Shown here: in pieces, positions 48,101 to 61,160 of the stretch | How the letters are laid out: every line of letters begins with the position of its first letter | Position numbering within the stretch: position 1 is the stretch's first letter | DNA from: Podarcis bocagei | Taxonomy: Eukaryota | Length of the DNA: 64,000 nt | Assembly: GCA_964188305.1 (NCBI GenBank) | Contig: OZ076888.1 | Direction: 5' to 3' (one strand) | The notes under the pieces: model-generated | Seen by the model: only the letters and a program-made list of their open reading frames with translations | What the model was told of the DNA's origin: nothing | Database searches by the model: none | Position numbers and translations under genes: made by a program

Positions 48101-51100
48101 CATTGATTTATCTTTATTTTTGTAAACACTATTAATTATATGCAAAAGTTCACTTCTTGTAAAATATTTTAATTAGTTTTACCTGGCAGGCTGGAACAGC
48201 TGCTACTCATTCACCAGAGGGTAGAGATTTCTGTTATTTACACAGATCACGTCCTCATAACTACCCCATCTATCTCATGCTATCCAAAATCATCCTCAAT
48301 ATTCAACTAAGAGCCTGGGAAGGATGACATTATTGCCAATAACACTTAACAACTCGTAGTGCTGCAACATGAAAGAAAGTGGCCATCATTCTGAAACACA
48401 CACACAATATCTTTTAGTTCGGGGGGGGGGGTACACTTGATATATGCATTCATTTAAACAATAAACATCTGTACAGTTATATTAGTGATTATATTATCAA
48501 ATTATTTATCTTTTTTATCTTATTTATTTATTTATTTTCTTAGATTTTGATTACTAACGTAATTCACGGAACAACTTATTTCAGCACATCTTTGTGGCCT
48601 TACAATTATATCTGTATGGCTGGCGTTGCACACACTTTGCAACAAATAAATAGTTCAGAAAGGCAGATGAAGTTTGGCTTTCCTTTACGGAATCCAAAAT
48701 GACTGTTTGCCAGCGTGGCATACCTCTAATTATTGTAGCGTTAATCATACTTTACCAACTTAACTAAGGCAGATGTGTGAGAGGTGCTGGCCTCCTTGTA
48801 GCAGCTGCTCTGTAAGAACTGTAATGTGTAGAATTCTCCACCACATGTATATTTCCTGTCTGGACAGTCACCCCTGTTGATTTCAGAAAAGTCATGCCTG
48901 GTGCATCTATCCATCCAGTAACCATATCATTGTACAGTGCTGAAAAGGTCCCACCCTTACTTTGTAGCATTTGAAGTTAGGGTGGGAATTCCCTCTCTCT
49001 TCAGTTGCTTCACAGCCCCTGCTGTTTCTGTTCGTCAACTACCTCAGTGCCACCACTGTTCACAATTGGTTGGTGTGAAGTTGTTGGTCACCTCTCTAGG
49101 CCTTAGTTAACTTCTTTGTGGAAGGAGTTGCTGCTTGGCTGGTTGCAGTGTGGAGGTGACAAAGTCCAGGGAACTGAGCAATAAATCTGCAAGAACCCAT
49201 GCCTGCAAGAGCAGGTATCACACGTAACTTACAATTTCTCATAACCTCAAATGTTGAATTTTCTTTTGTTTGCTGCGAACGTAATGTTTCCATTTTCCAC
49301 TTTGCTTCGTATGTGAACAATTAGTGCAGCGTAGACAGTAATGTTTCCTTACAAACATTTCATCTGTTAGTCTTCACATCTGCATGGCTGCATTCAACTG
49401 TGAATATGATCAAACAAGTAAACAGATCAGTGTGGAGCATTAATCTTGCAAAGCCTTCCACATGGAAAAGCATGAAACGTCCTGAATATGAATCAGACGC
49501 CTCTCATATTGCTTGCATGCTTGCTTCTGAAGATTATCATTGAAGACTTCATTAGCAGATGAATAAACTGCTCACAATTGAATAGGGACTTTCCATCCTT
49601 TATCTGTGCAGCCCTTTTTATTTTAAAAGGCAAATTCATTTTTCTTGTTTCAGAATGGGTCCAAGCTTCCACTGGTAGGTTTTCTAGGCTAGATGATTAT
49701 GAAATTGTCATGGGCAGGAATAAAACTTGGAAATGATAAAAATAGTTTCCTTCAGGAGAAAATGATTCAGTTTATGTCCAAGCTTGCTACCTATTTATTG
49801 AGCATTCATCCTGATTTGTTTGTACAAAGTTTTCTGGAAGGTTATATAGCATCCACTGAGCATTCATTCTGGTTTCTTTGAAGGAAAATTATTCAACATT
49901 ATGTTAAGCAATCATTATCCCACATTTTCTAGTGGGATTTCCTTGCTGCAAAATGATCTATTTTTAAAGGGGGCGGAAAGCAGGCTTTTTGAGCAAAAGC
50001 ACTAAATCCACATTTAACTGAACAATCTGAATTTGCTGGTATGAGACAGCACCCTACCTGCAAAGCATCAACAGTTTCTGGAAGCACCCTAAGTCTACTG
50101 AAATGCGCTTCCAAAGAAGTAAAAAGTTAAGAAGGAATGATGGACATTCTAGTCACACACACCATGCTCCATCATAAACATTGCAGGGTTGGCGGACTCT
50201 ATTGCATCTTAATCTTGCTTTGAGTGGCTGCATGATAATTTTGAAGAAGAAAAAATCAATTGGGGAGGGGGACTCATCACCTTATTTAACCAAACTCTTT
50301 CTCAAAGAATATTTCACAGAATTTATCCTGCCTGGTATCTTTTCACACCACTAACCAGTCAAATTCCTGAAGAAAGCTGGGGCAAACTATTGTTACATGC
50401 CATCCCAATCTCCCTGAGTGGTTGCAGATGTGCTTGCCGGGGTTGGTGTTCCTTTTTGGGACAATGAGGCACAACAGAGACTGTGGTGTCCTTACGATAT
50501 GTGGCTTTATTTAAACATATCTACACAACCTGCACCTAGATGGAGTGATTGCAGAGCATTCATGTCCCATGAGTGTCCGGCTTCCTCCTAATGGGCAGCA
50601 TTGGATGCAATGGCCACCAAAATCCATCTTCTTTGTCTCTTAGTTCCAGCCTGGGGAAAGCTGGGGTATAAAATATTATTATTATTGTTGTTGTTGTTGT
50701 TGTTGTTGTTGTTCCCACTTACTTGGAGTTCTGTCCCTTCTCTTTCTCTTTCTCTCTCCAAGGGCCTCCAACCAACCTGCATCATTCAAAGTTGAAACCC
50801 TAAACCTGATCTCCGCCTCTGCCCTATAGCACCCAGCCCCCTGCCTCTACCCACCAGCCCCACTCCCCCTTGCCTGGCAGTCTTGTTCTCTGATGGTTTC
50901 CTTGATGGAGAAACCATTATTGGCCTTTGTCCCCTGATAATAGGCCATCCAGTTAGCTCTGCAAAACTGGCTTGGCTCCTTAGCATAACTGAATCCAGGG
51001 CTTTCAGTGTTTGGCAAAGTTTAATCAAACCTGGATAAATTCTAACTTTTACTAAATCCAGGTTTTATGAGGAGGATCTGGCATCCAGGAATTTAGAGGA

Positions 51101-53013
51101 ATCTGACCCCCAACCCATAACAATATCAACCGAACCCTATTGGATTCAACAGCTGCCACACCAATGCACTCCATACTCCCAGGCATAATATTACTTTGGG
51201 ATTGCTCTGTTAGTTTAGTCAGGAAAAAAGATAAAATCATAAGCCACATTTGAACTCTTTGGAATTGACCTCCTAGAAAAACGAAAGTTACATGCTTCCA
51301 CCAAACCTCTTTAGTCCCAGTTGCACAGTAATGTTGACACAGCCAATAATCTCTCTTTTTCTAATCTGTTATCTAATCAGCTGTCCTCTTTCTAATCCAT
51401 CAAGGAAGCATCAGTACTGCATTCATACTGTAACCTAGACAAAGGTTACTTTCCTTGATATGCATCCTTCATTTTAGTGCCCCTGCATTTTAGATATGAT
51501 CATCTTTCCAATGTTTATTAAATCCATTTTTAAAATATATATATATATATTCTTAGCTATTTCTCAGATTAACCAACATTGCACATTTTGAAATGTTGAC
51601 CTCTTAAGGACTAAAAACTAATGACTCCAGAAAACGGGAGAAACTTGACTAAAAATACTTGACTTTTCTCTTCTCTCACTTCTGCTTATATTTTTAGCTT
51701 GTGGAAAGGTTTTATTATGCAAAAGATTTACAATGGGCTATAATGTTATGCATATAAATATTTTCACTATCCACTAGCTCAATAAATGGGGAAAAATGTT
51801 TTTACTGCTCTGGAACTGTATTACATACCTTAATGTAATTACCTTAATAATATTACAAAATCGTTTTGCAAAGGTATAGAAAATTAAAAGGAGAAGTGAT
51901 AGGAACACAACATTATATTAGCCCTTAGCAAAACAGCAACAAATACTGGGGATATTATGGTTTGCATAGTCATGTGATTAGGCTTTCTTGGTACAAAAAA
52001 GTAAATTGTGCTTCTAATTATTTGTTTTGGGTTTATTAAGGTGAGCAGAGCAAAGGATTGCTCATGGTTATTTAAAAGGATTTACTGTGAATATGTTTAT
52101 ACCAATTAGCAATGTATTTGACACATACAATTTTAACATACTAACAGTGCAATCTTAGCCATGTGTTCTCAGAAACAAGCCCTAATGAGTTCAATGAGGC
52201 TTACTCTCATGTAAGTGGGGCTGGAATTGTTGCCTAAGAAAGTGTGGTATGAATATTAAATCTAATCTAATTTTCTCTAAATTAACCAGATTCCTGAAAC
52301 TACATTGCACTTTCATGACATTTGTAGTAGGGTTGGCATTACTGTCAATCACACAATAGAGGCAATTGGGCTCTCAGTAGCGGTACCCTCTAACATCAAA
52401 ACATTCTTTAGATTACTTATTTTGACACCAAAAATTTTGGGTTATGTCTAAGTTTACTCAGAGTAGACCCATGGAAATGCATGGACATGGGTAAATTATG
52501 GAACTCTCTTCCTGCAAAGAAGCATCTGGCATCTTCATTATACAGCTTTTGATGAATGCTGAAGATGCATCACTTAACCCTGGCTTTTGAAAACTTCAGA
52601 TGTATATTTTTGGGACTCACCTTATTACTGTGATTTTAACTTGTGTTACATTGTTTTTAGTAACTCACCCTGGGACTTTAGGGTGAAAAAAAAAAACCTG
52701 CTACTGCTACTACAAACTTAAGTCCGTTTCAGTGAGTGTACCCCAAGTAGAACTTATACACAGTCCTATGTTTTTTCACTGGAATTTAGGTGAGCCAAAC
52801 CATGACACGGGAGATGGTAGTCATAACAAACTAAACTGAATGAGGCAATTGCATAGGGGAACTCTCAGCAGTTCTCACTGGAGTCTGCCCAAGCATTGAG
52901 TGACATGGACTTCCCAGACAAAACTGGACCGCCTTTTCCATGCAGTAGTATCTACCTATAACAGGACCCATCTTCCACAAACCTGTTTGTCGCCTTCTTT
53001 GGAGCCAATACTT

Positions 53014-53824
53014 GCTTGTCGAGGTCCCCAAGACACCCCAAATAAAAACACAATAACACTTAATTTTGTTTAAGGTTTTTGACATAATTTTGGCCACAAC
53101 TTTATTCAAATTACAGCAATGTGAGTGGTTGCTTAGGCATTGGTAGCACTAACTAACCCCGCACGGGGACAGCTCTGACATTCACACACCCCGCGAAGTC
53201 AGCAAGGGTAAGTCACCTGGGGAGAGAGACGGGACTGGGAACAATGCCTCACCTCTCCCCAGAATGCTCCCAGGGGCTTGCGTGGCCCTAGCCCCTTGCC
53301 AGGGGGTTTCGGACAAAAGCATGGGGAGCCCCTGGGTTCCTTTAACGGAAAACCCTTGCAGCAGCAGCAGCATTTTGGAGGGGCAGGCACAGCCAAATCC
53401 ATACCCCTCCACCAACCAATTTCCAAACCAATGCCTAACCGCAACCTTACAAGTTTTAATGATTTGCTACGCAGTAGGCAAAAACCAAATGGCACCAGCC
53501 AATCAGCCAAATGGACAAAATTCCTACCGGGCCCCTGCCCCAAAGCAGACGACCCCATGACAGGCATAGCAAGGTCAAACAAACAGCCTAGCATTAGGGA
53601 AGGGAGGGCAGGTGATCTGAAGCACGCAGCGAAAAGAGGAAGTTTGTCGCTGCGTGCAATGTATTTAACAAATAGGGCTGTCAATCAATAAACGGCAACA
53701 TATAAATTTCCCCAGTAACAGCCCGCCCCTGCTTAAAAGATGGCCAAACCATCAACAACCAGCAACAGTGAGGTGTCTCGTCAGCCCCCACCGCAACACG
53801 TGCTCTCCATGAGGGAGAACACGC
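53014..53824 (-). mobile_element. Solo A-spacer-B remnant of a Ngaro-type element
   Basis: Collinear with 518-1324 (GCGTGTTCTCCC start, spacer, B repeat, AATAAAGTTGTGGCCAAAATTATG); no coding sequence. Confidence 0.85.
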
Positions 53825-56800
53825 TTAAACAGATAGACAAATATATTGTGTGATGGATTTCAGTTGTACCCACCCTTCACAACAGAATTATTCTGGACAT
53901 CTGGAGTCTCTGAACCTGATTCAAAATGAATCTAGTTTCTGGATCAAGGTGTCACCATGAATAGAGACTTTACAGAATTCTGACTGGATAGTTTGAAAAT
54001 AGGAAGCACAGTGTTGTTCTGACTTATGATTGAATGCATGTGAAAGAGTCATAGAACACACACACACATATGCTGATCTGTACCTCCATTCAGACAAGGG
54101 ATAGACAGTTTTGTGCAGTCAGAATAATTCAGTGACTGTGTGAACATACAACTTTACGCTGCATCTGGTGGTGGTATGAAGAATGGGAAAGGGAGGGGTT
54201 GCATTATTTTAGGATAAAGAATACCTTGCACAAGAAAAGGGATGCTTTGAGGAGGGCACTAAAGCTTTCCATGTGTAAAATGTTTTGTCTGTTGGAAATA
54301 TTCAAGCGTGGAACTCTTTCTCTTTCCTTGGTCATCTGAAATGCTACAGTCCAGGAAAAGCTTACCCATTTGATTCTGCTGAGTGTATGAACTTGGCTGT
54401 ATGCTGTGTCATATCTTCAAGCAGATCTCAACCCCCAAAATCTGGTGCTGGGTCTCCTTATAAGAGGCAAAAAAAGTATGGTAGATGCAGTGGTCTAACA
54501 CTCAAGCATATCAGATGCAATGCTCTAATATTCATTCATGCCTCTTTAATTACTTCAAAAGCAGTTGGACCAAAAATGTGTTTATAAAATGCAACACAGA
54601 GACCCATGCTATAAGCAGGTTGCCAATATTACTTCAGTGTGTAATCATAATTTGTCAATACTTGTTTTAAATGAAAACAACTTTTTAATTAAAAATATCT
54701 GACTGCCTGACAATATGTATTGGAAAAATGTAAATAATGTATACAAATTGTTAAGTGCAGGGATAAAGTATATGTGAGTGTTTGTACATATATAATTTTC
54801 TAGGCTATTTTCAGTAAGGAACTGAATGCAGTTTATAAGAAGAAAAATAAACATTGCACAAACCTGAGCATTCCACATACAAATTACTTTGAGTGCTTGC
54901 ATCACCTCAGTTTGTGAACTATTTGTATTGCAAGTAAATCTAATAGCAATAAAACGAGACAGGTGTCTTTCTGTCTTCTTAAATGAATAAATAAAATAGG
55001 CAAGCAACAACAGTGGCATCACACTGTTAAGGCACAGATGTGTTTAGCAATTAATAACATAAACACCAATAGCTCTCAGTGATGTAGTGTTATGATTTAA
55101 AAATAGCAGACTTCATTTATATGACAGGCAAGGAAGTGTCCCTTAAAAAATGCTTCTCTGAGTTACAAATGATAATGTTGCTTAATGCATCTGATCACTC
55201 CGAGGATGATAGGAGCATTTTAGGACTTCTGATTACTCCTAGGATGATAATAGTAAATCCATGATTCTTGGCACATCATGAGCTTAGACCCCGCAAAGCT
55301 ATGTGGATTTGCTATGGAGTCTTGCGCACTAGGAGACATAACCTGTAGAGACTTTACTGGCATGTTCCTAGGTTGTCTCATATGACATCAGGCATGGAAG
55401 TGTTCGAGCCATGGGTGTAAAGGAAATTGTAGTTGTGGCTTGAATTTTTAATAATTTTAGTGCAAACATCTCCCAATACACTCCTTTTTATATTACATTT
55501 TTGCAAGCAAAGTCCCCTAATATAAAGCATTATATGTTATTTTCACTAATATATGGATTACTATGTACATTTTCCCCAACACACATCTTTTTGTTCACAT
55601 TATTTGGTTGGAGAACTGTATCACACTTATGAAAGTCAAAGGATAATTTGCACTTCAATTCACATATTGTTTCAGGAAGTTTGAATTACAAATGCGAACT
55701 GAACCCAATTTCTCTCCCATCCCTATTACTGTCATTTCTCTTCTCTCTTTCCCAAAGTCAACCTGCCCACTTTATTTTGGGGAGTGGGAAGGTAGAGGCA
55801 GATGTGACCCCCACACACCTGCCATAGTGCATTTTCATTCCAAGAACTGGCACAGGAACTACAAGCCCCGGGATCCTCAGTGGGAAACCAACACCCACTG
55901 TTGTTGTTTTTCTTTGAGAAGATGTCAGTGTTAATTTCCTGTTCTATTCTAGAGTTTGCAGTTCCACTCCTTGGTGAGAAAAGATGGTCCTGCAGGTATA
56001 CAGGGAAACCCACTGCTGCTGAGTGAGCTTCTTCTACATAATCCTTCTTCAAAATAAGCTTGGAGCCAGCAGCAGTGATGGCAGGTGCTGCCAGGTTATT
56101 TCAAGTATTTGAATCAAACATTCAACAAGCCTCTTGAGGAAAGTTCTCATCCCTAGTCTTTCTCCCTCTCTCCCTTAAAGTCTAACAGACTCCCACTTAC
56201 ATCTCTTTTCCTTCCCCACCTTAGGATGAAGCCTAAGCCCTCTTCAACTCATGGATATTCCATTAGTCCTCGGGAAATTACTTTAGCTTCCTCAGAATGC
56301 AGATAGATGCTTCAAGTTACCAGGCTTTGGTGTTTTCGTCAACGTTCAAAGTCACTTTGAATTGGCGATGGATTATTACTGTATATTTGTGAATCTATGT
56401 GTCAAAGATTCCATATAGGAGAAAGGCAAAACACTATCCAGTAGAATAATAAGATGTGATAGAGCACTGTGAAGAGGATGATTGATTGAATGGAGAACGA
56501 CACAGAGACAGAAAGATGTAGCACTCTGAGAAGTGGAGACAAATGCAAAAGAAAATGGAATATATTAAGGGGAAGAACAACATAATTAGAACAATACCAT
56601 GTGATAAGAACTTAAATTTTCATATTGCTTTCCACTCCTGACCTCTTTGCAAACACCTCAAAGAGAACCCATCACTCACTCCTAGAATTCAGTAATCTCT
56701 AAGGTGAAGGCGAGGGGGAAACACAGGCTACGGAAATGTTGTAAAGTGAGGTAAGGTGAGGTGGGGGACTGAAAGGAAAGGATTATATGCAGAGGGAAAA

Positions 56801-59799
56801 GGACACAACTTAATACCTAATACGAGAGTAAATGTCCAAGCCCTTCATTTTAATAAGTAAATGGATAAGGTAGGTAAACATGTGACAGTCTACTGCATGA
56901 GATAAAAGACAGCTAAAGCTTCAGGGAACAATGTATTTCACAAGGACTGCCAACCCTCTGCCCAAACCAGTTTTATATCCTACATTCATAATTTTGAAGC
57001 ATGGCAAATTGATAGAACAACTGTAAAGACAAAACATTATGAAGACTTTTTTTGGGAGAGAGATATGAAAAACTCTGGTGTAAAACCTATTGAATTTCAC
57101 AGGATGTGCTTCTGAGCAGACATGATTGGGATTGCAGTATTAATTTCTGCTGCTGGTTTTGCTATTTGAATTTTATTTAGATTTGTCTCTTGATTTATTA
57201 TACTCAACACTGTTTTGTTGCATTAGTTTATTTTAAGATATTGTAATCTGCCATGAGCAAGAATTTTGCCTAGAAAGGTGGGGTATTTACATTTTAATAT
57301 AAATGTGCACATATTCAGTAGCGCCTTCTCATTAGTGACTGCAGCCTAGTTCTCAAAATATCCAGTCACTTAAAGGCAACATTGAGGATCCCTCTCCACC
57401 TCCAAAAGTAAATAATTATAAATGCATGTTTGCACTAAGCGGTACAAGTAAATATTCAACACATGTAGGTACAAAACAGTGGTGCTTCAGACTGATCTGC
57501 TTTGTGTCCAGTTCAGATCTTACTGCATATAAAATTGTGCTAAGACAATATGAATAGCTTTGATGGATGAGGCTGGTGGTGATCGCTATATATGCAACAG
57601 ATGTAGATAATAGATGTTATTATGTTCAAGAACACAGTGCATGGAAGTATCCTATGAAATGTTGTTCACAGGCTCGTTTTGGCATTCTGTATTCCATCAC
57701 CCACAATTATAGTTATTGATATTCTAACCCTCCATTAGTTAGACTAGATATCCTATTGACCTTTTATGGACCAGCTCACAATTTATCACCACTGAAATAC
57801 AAGCTGTAGAAACCCCCCCTCCCCTTTTGCAACTCTAGAACATTATAAATGAGTCTATTTCCTGTATAAGTCTTATTTAATAGTAAAAAAAGCTTAGACT
57901 CATCCATCTGCTGTCAGTGATACCGGAAGTATGGACATGAATTATGACCTCTTGTGGATGACCCTGAAATCTTCAGATATCGGCTAGCTGGAGATTTATA
58001 GCTGTTTTGTTCATGCATTTTATAATTTAGTAACACCAATAATTCTCTTTTATCTGAAATGAGGCATATAGTGCCTCCAGCCCACTTCATCCCTGCTTCT
58101 ACTGCAAATGTTGCAGGGTGCTAATAATTAAGTATATAACAGCCCTTTTTTACTTAGAGAATCTCTTACATTAAGGAAGCATCACTTATTTTATAGAATA
58201 ACATATCCATAGACATGAAATGTGTCTTATTTTAGACCAAAATGTTACCATGAAACCTCAAAGAGCAGACGCCATAGTGTCCCTTATTTTAAACTAACTC
58301 CCCACAGCATTAGGAAAAAGGTTTTTCTGTTTTCTGAGAATAATAATAATAATTCATTTTATTTCTATACTGCAGTGGAACTTGTGCATTGATGCATCTA
58401 ATTTTCTTTTTCCAATTTTCATGCATTTAAACCCCACCTTTCTTCTGTCATGGAGTCCAAGGTGCTATACATGTGGTTTCAAGGCAGTTACCCATCAAGG
58501 CACTGACCATGCTGTTATTTTATGCCATTAGCCTGCTTTGTACAAGCTAAACTGTGGCTTAAGCATGTTCTCCCTAAATGAGAGCATGTGTTGCGGTTGG
58601 GGAATACAGGCCACCCTGGTGTGATTGGGCAAGTTGGATAACCCAGGCCTTAAGTGGTTAACTGGGTTACTGGGGAGTTTTGTATGTTGCCAATTCGGAG
58701 GAGGGGTTTGGAGCCTTTAAATACAGGTCGCCATTGCTGGGCGTCCTCTTGGCCTTTTTGCACCGGATCACATGGAGCACTGGGACAATCTTCTCATTGT
58801 CTGGTTACATTTCTTTATTTCTTTATTTCCCCTTTCTTTTTAATCCTCTCTAGTCCCTTAAATAATTTAATTCCCCCCTTTTCCTGTTCAATTTCCCACC
58901 CCACCCCTTACCCTGCCCTGTGGGAAGATTCTCCCTGTATCTGTGGCTTGCCTTTACCAATAGTGAGAGAGCCCCCGTTAGGGGCTTTCTTTCGCAAAAA
59001 GGTTTCCCCCATTTCTCTTGTTGAAATTGTGGGGCTAGTCAGGGCTGTTCCCAGCTTAGCTGGTATCACTTTCGTTTATAGTATCCCCGAAGGTTGGCTT
59101 TATGGCTCCCTGTGCCTCCAAGGACTATGAGCACTCTGTATATGCTCTTGAACTATGCTGTTTCTGAACAAGTTTATTTTCTTTAAGTTTGTTTTGCCCT
59201 GATAGTGGCGACTGCCATTTTAGAGATGAGCCATTGTGGCTTGGTGGCTAAAGTGTAGGACTAGGACCTGGGAGACAGGGTTCATATACCCCTCTTAGCC
59301 ATTGTTATAACAAAACAAAACAAACTGCCCCTTATGGGCTATTCTGTTGCTGGGTAGTTCGGCCCATTTGTGATAAAAGAACTTTGGGTTTCTTGAAGGG
59401 GTGCTTCCCTCTAAAAGGGAAGCAGGGGTACCTGGACAAGCTGTGGGCTACCTCAACTCTGCTATTTCAGTGGAAACATTTATGCCTGGCCTAGCAGGTG
59501 ATCCTAGGGCTTTGCCCTAGAATTCTATGGCCTGGAAGCGTTTCCGGCCTCAATAGTGTCCCCATGTGGTCCATGAAGCATTGGTTTCACTGGGTCAGTG
59601 GATAGTGCCGGTAATGCCTAGGTTGCAGGATTGGTCCCTGTATGGGACAGCTGCATGCTCCCCCATTGCTCTACCTGGACACTTAAGTCCTTTTGGTGGT
59701 TACCTCACTGCGAGGGATGTAACGGGCGCCATGTTTGCAATATGCAACTGGGAGAAAGCACCTTTGCGTGCCCGCATTGCAGTTTGCTCTGTGCGTTGC

Positions 59800-60395
59800 A
59801 GAGCACGGCGCTGCACGGGCTGCAATTGCATTGCATTGCTAGGAGATTTGCAGTTGCATTGCACGGAGGGTGTGTGCATTGCATGGAGGGTGTGTGTGCA
59901 TTGCATGGAGGGTGTGTGTGCATTGCACGGAGGGTGTGCAGTGCACGGAGGGTGTAGTTGCATTGCATGGAGTGTAGTTGCATTGCATGAAGGGTGTGTG
60001 CATTGCAGGGAGTGTGTAGTTGCATTGCATGGAGGGTGTAGTTGTATTGCACAGAGTGGTTTTTTTTTTTGTTTGCATTGCCCGGAGTGTGTGTGCATTG
60101 CACGGAGTATGTAGTTGCATTGAACAGAGGGTGTGCAGTGCACGGAGTGTGTAGTTGCATTGCATGGAGTGTAGTTGCATTGAATGAAAGGTGTGTGCAT
60201 TGCAGGGAGTGTGTTTTGCATTGCACGGAGTGTGTAGTTGCATTGCACGGAGGGTTTGTGTGTGCATTGCATGGAGTGTGTAGTTGCATTGCACAGAGCG
60301 TGCTTTTTGCATTGCACGGAGTGTGTAGTTGCATTGCATGGAGAGTGTGTGCACTGCACGGAGTGTGGTTTTTTTTTGCATTGCACAGAGTGTGT
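59800..60395. repeat. Minisatellite of ~20-22-bp units TGCATTGCA(C/T)GGAGTGTGTAGT inside the Ngaro gag region
   Basis: Read directly; produces long overlapping low-complexity Cys/His ORFs on both strands. Confidence 0.92.
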
Positions 60396-60714
60396 GTCTG
60401 AAAAGGAAGCTGGCTTGGCGGCAGCTTGGTTGGGACTTCTTTAGGGGTTCTGGCCAGCGTCGGCCCTGTAAATTTACATATCATGATGGCAGCACAAGAT
60501 GCCCCCTGCCCGAGCGGGGGCTGGAAGCTGGCAAGCAATAGCTCAATACCTTTTGCCCATATTCCCATTTTATTTAGGGATCCAGTTGGATATCGTTGCT
60601 AAAACATACCACTTGGCTATGGAGAAGCTGTCTGCCTTGAAGGAAGTTATTTTGTAATACTTCCTCTGTAGCAAGTGATGCTTCACCAGATCCGATCTTG
60701 CTGGGTCACTTAAC

Positions 60715-61160
60715 TAATCTTCCCACTAGGCCAGGCTGCCTAGATTTCACCCCTCCCATATCCAAGAATCTCCTGAGGAGTCTGCTGATTCTCCAGAGAG
60801 GAGGAGGCGTGTTCTGGTCTCTACTTATTCTGCTCCAGCACCAAATCAGTCAGTCAGTCAGTCAGTGTCGGAGAGAGAGAGAGACTGAGTGTTAGAGATC
60901 ATGTGTAGAGATAAGGCTGCTGCTAAGGACAGCTGCAGACACTCAGTGCAGTGCAGCATTTATTTATGCTTAGACCTATTAAGCTCTGTATATAGTTTGT
61001 ATAGTTGTAAATAGAATAAAGAAGATATTCTACAGAGCTGCTCTCCGAGTTGTTTATATACTCTGCTAGACTCTGCTGTACTCTGCTGTGCGACAACTGT
61101 CTTTTGTTGGAGTGAATCCGGTGCTCACAACTCTAAGCTGTGAGTCCACAGCACTTTGAC
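60715..61160 (+). mobile_element. LTR-like insertion interrupting the Ngaro RT/RNase H
   Basis: Non-coding; (CAGT)n and (GA)n tracts; AATAAA near 61015 then a GT-rich stretch; RT-RNase H homology is interrupted here. Termini not resolved. Confidence 0.45.

Noticed and set aside
50425-51190. Possible old LTR on the minus strand
   Set aside because: LTR-like composition and an AATAAA, but termini and TSD could not be defined.
59800-60395. CRISPR-like array
   Set aside because: Tandem units without unique spacers, vertebrate context, no cas genes.
59566-60568. Long Cys/His-rich ORFs resembling metallothionein or keratin-associated proteins
   Set aside because: Translations of a minisatellite, open on both strands, with no gene structure.
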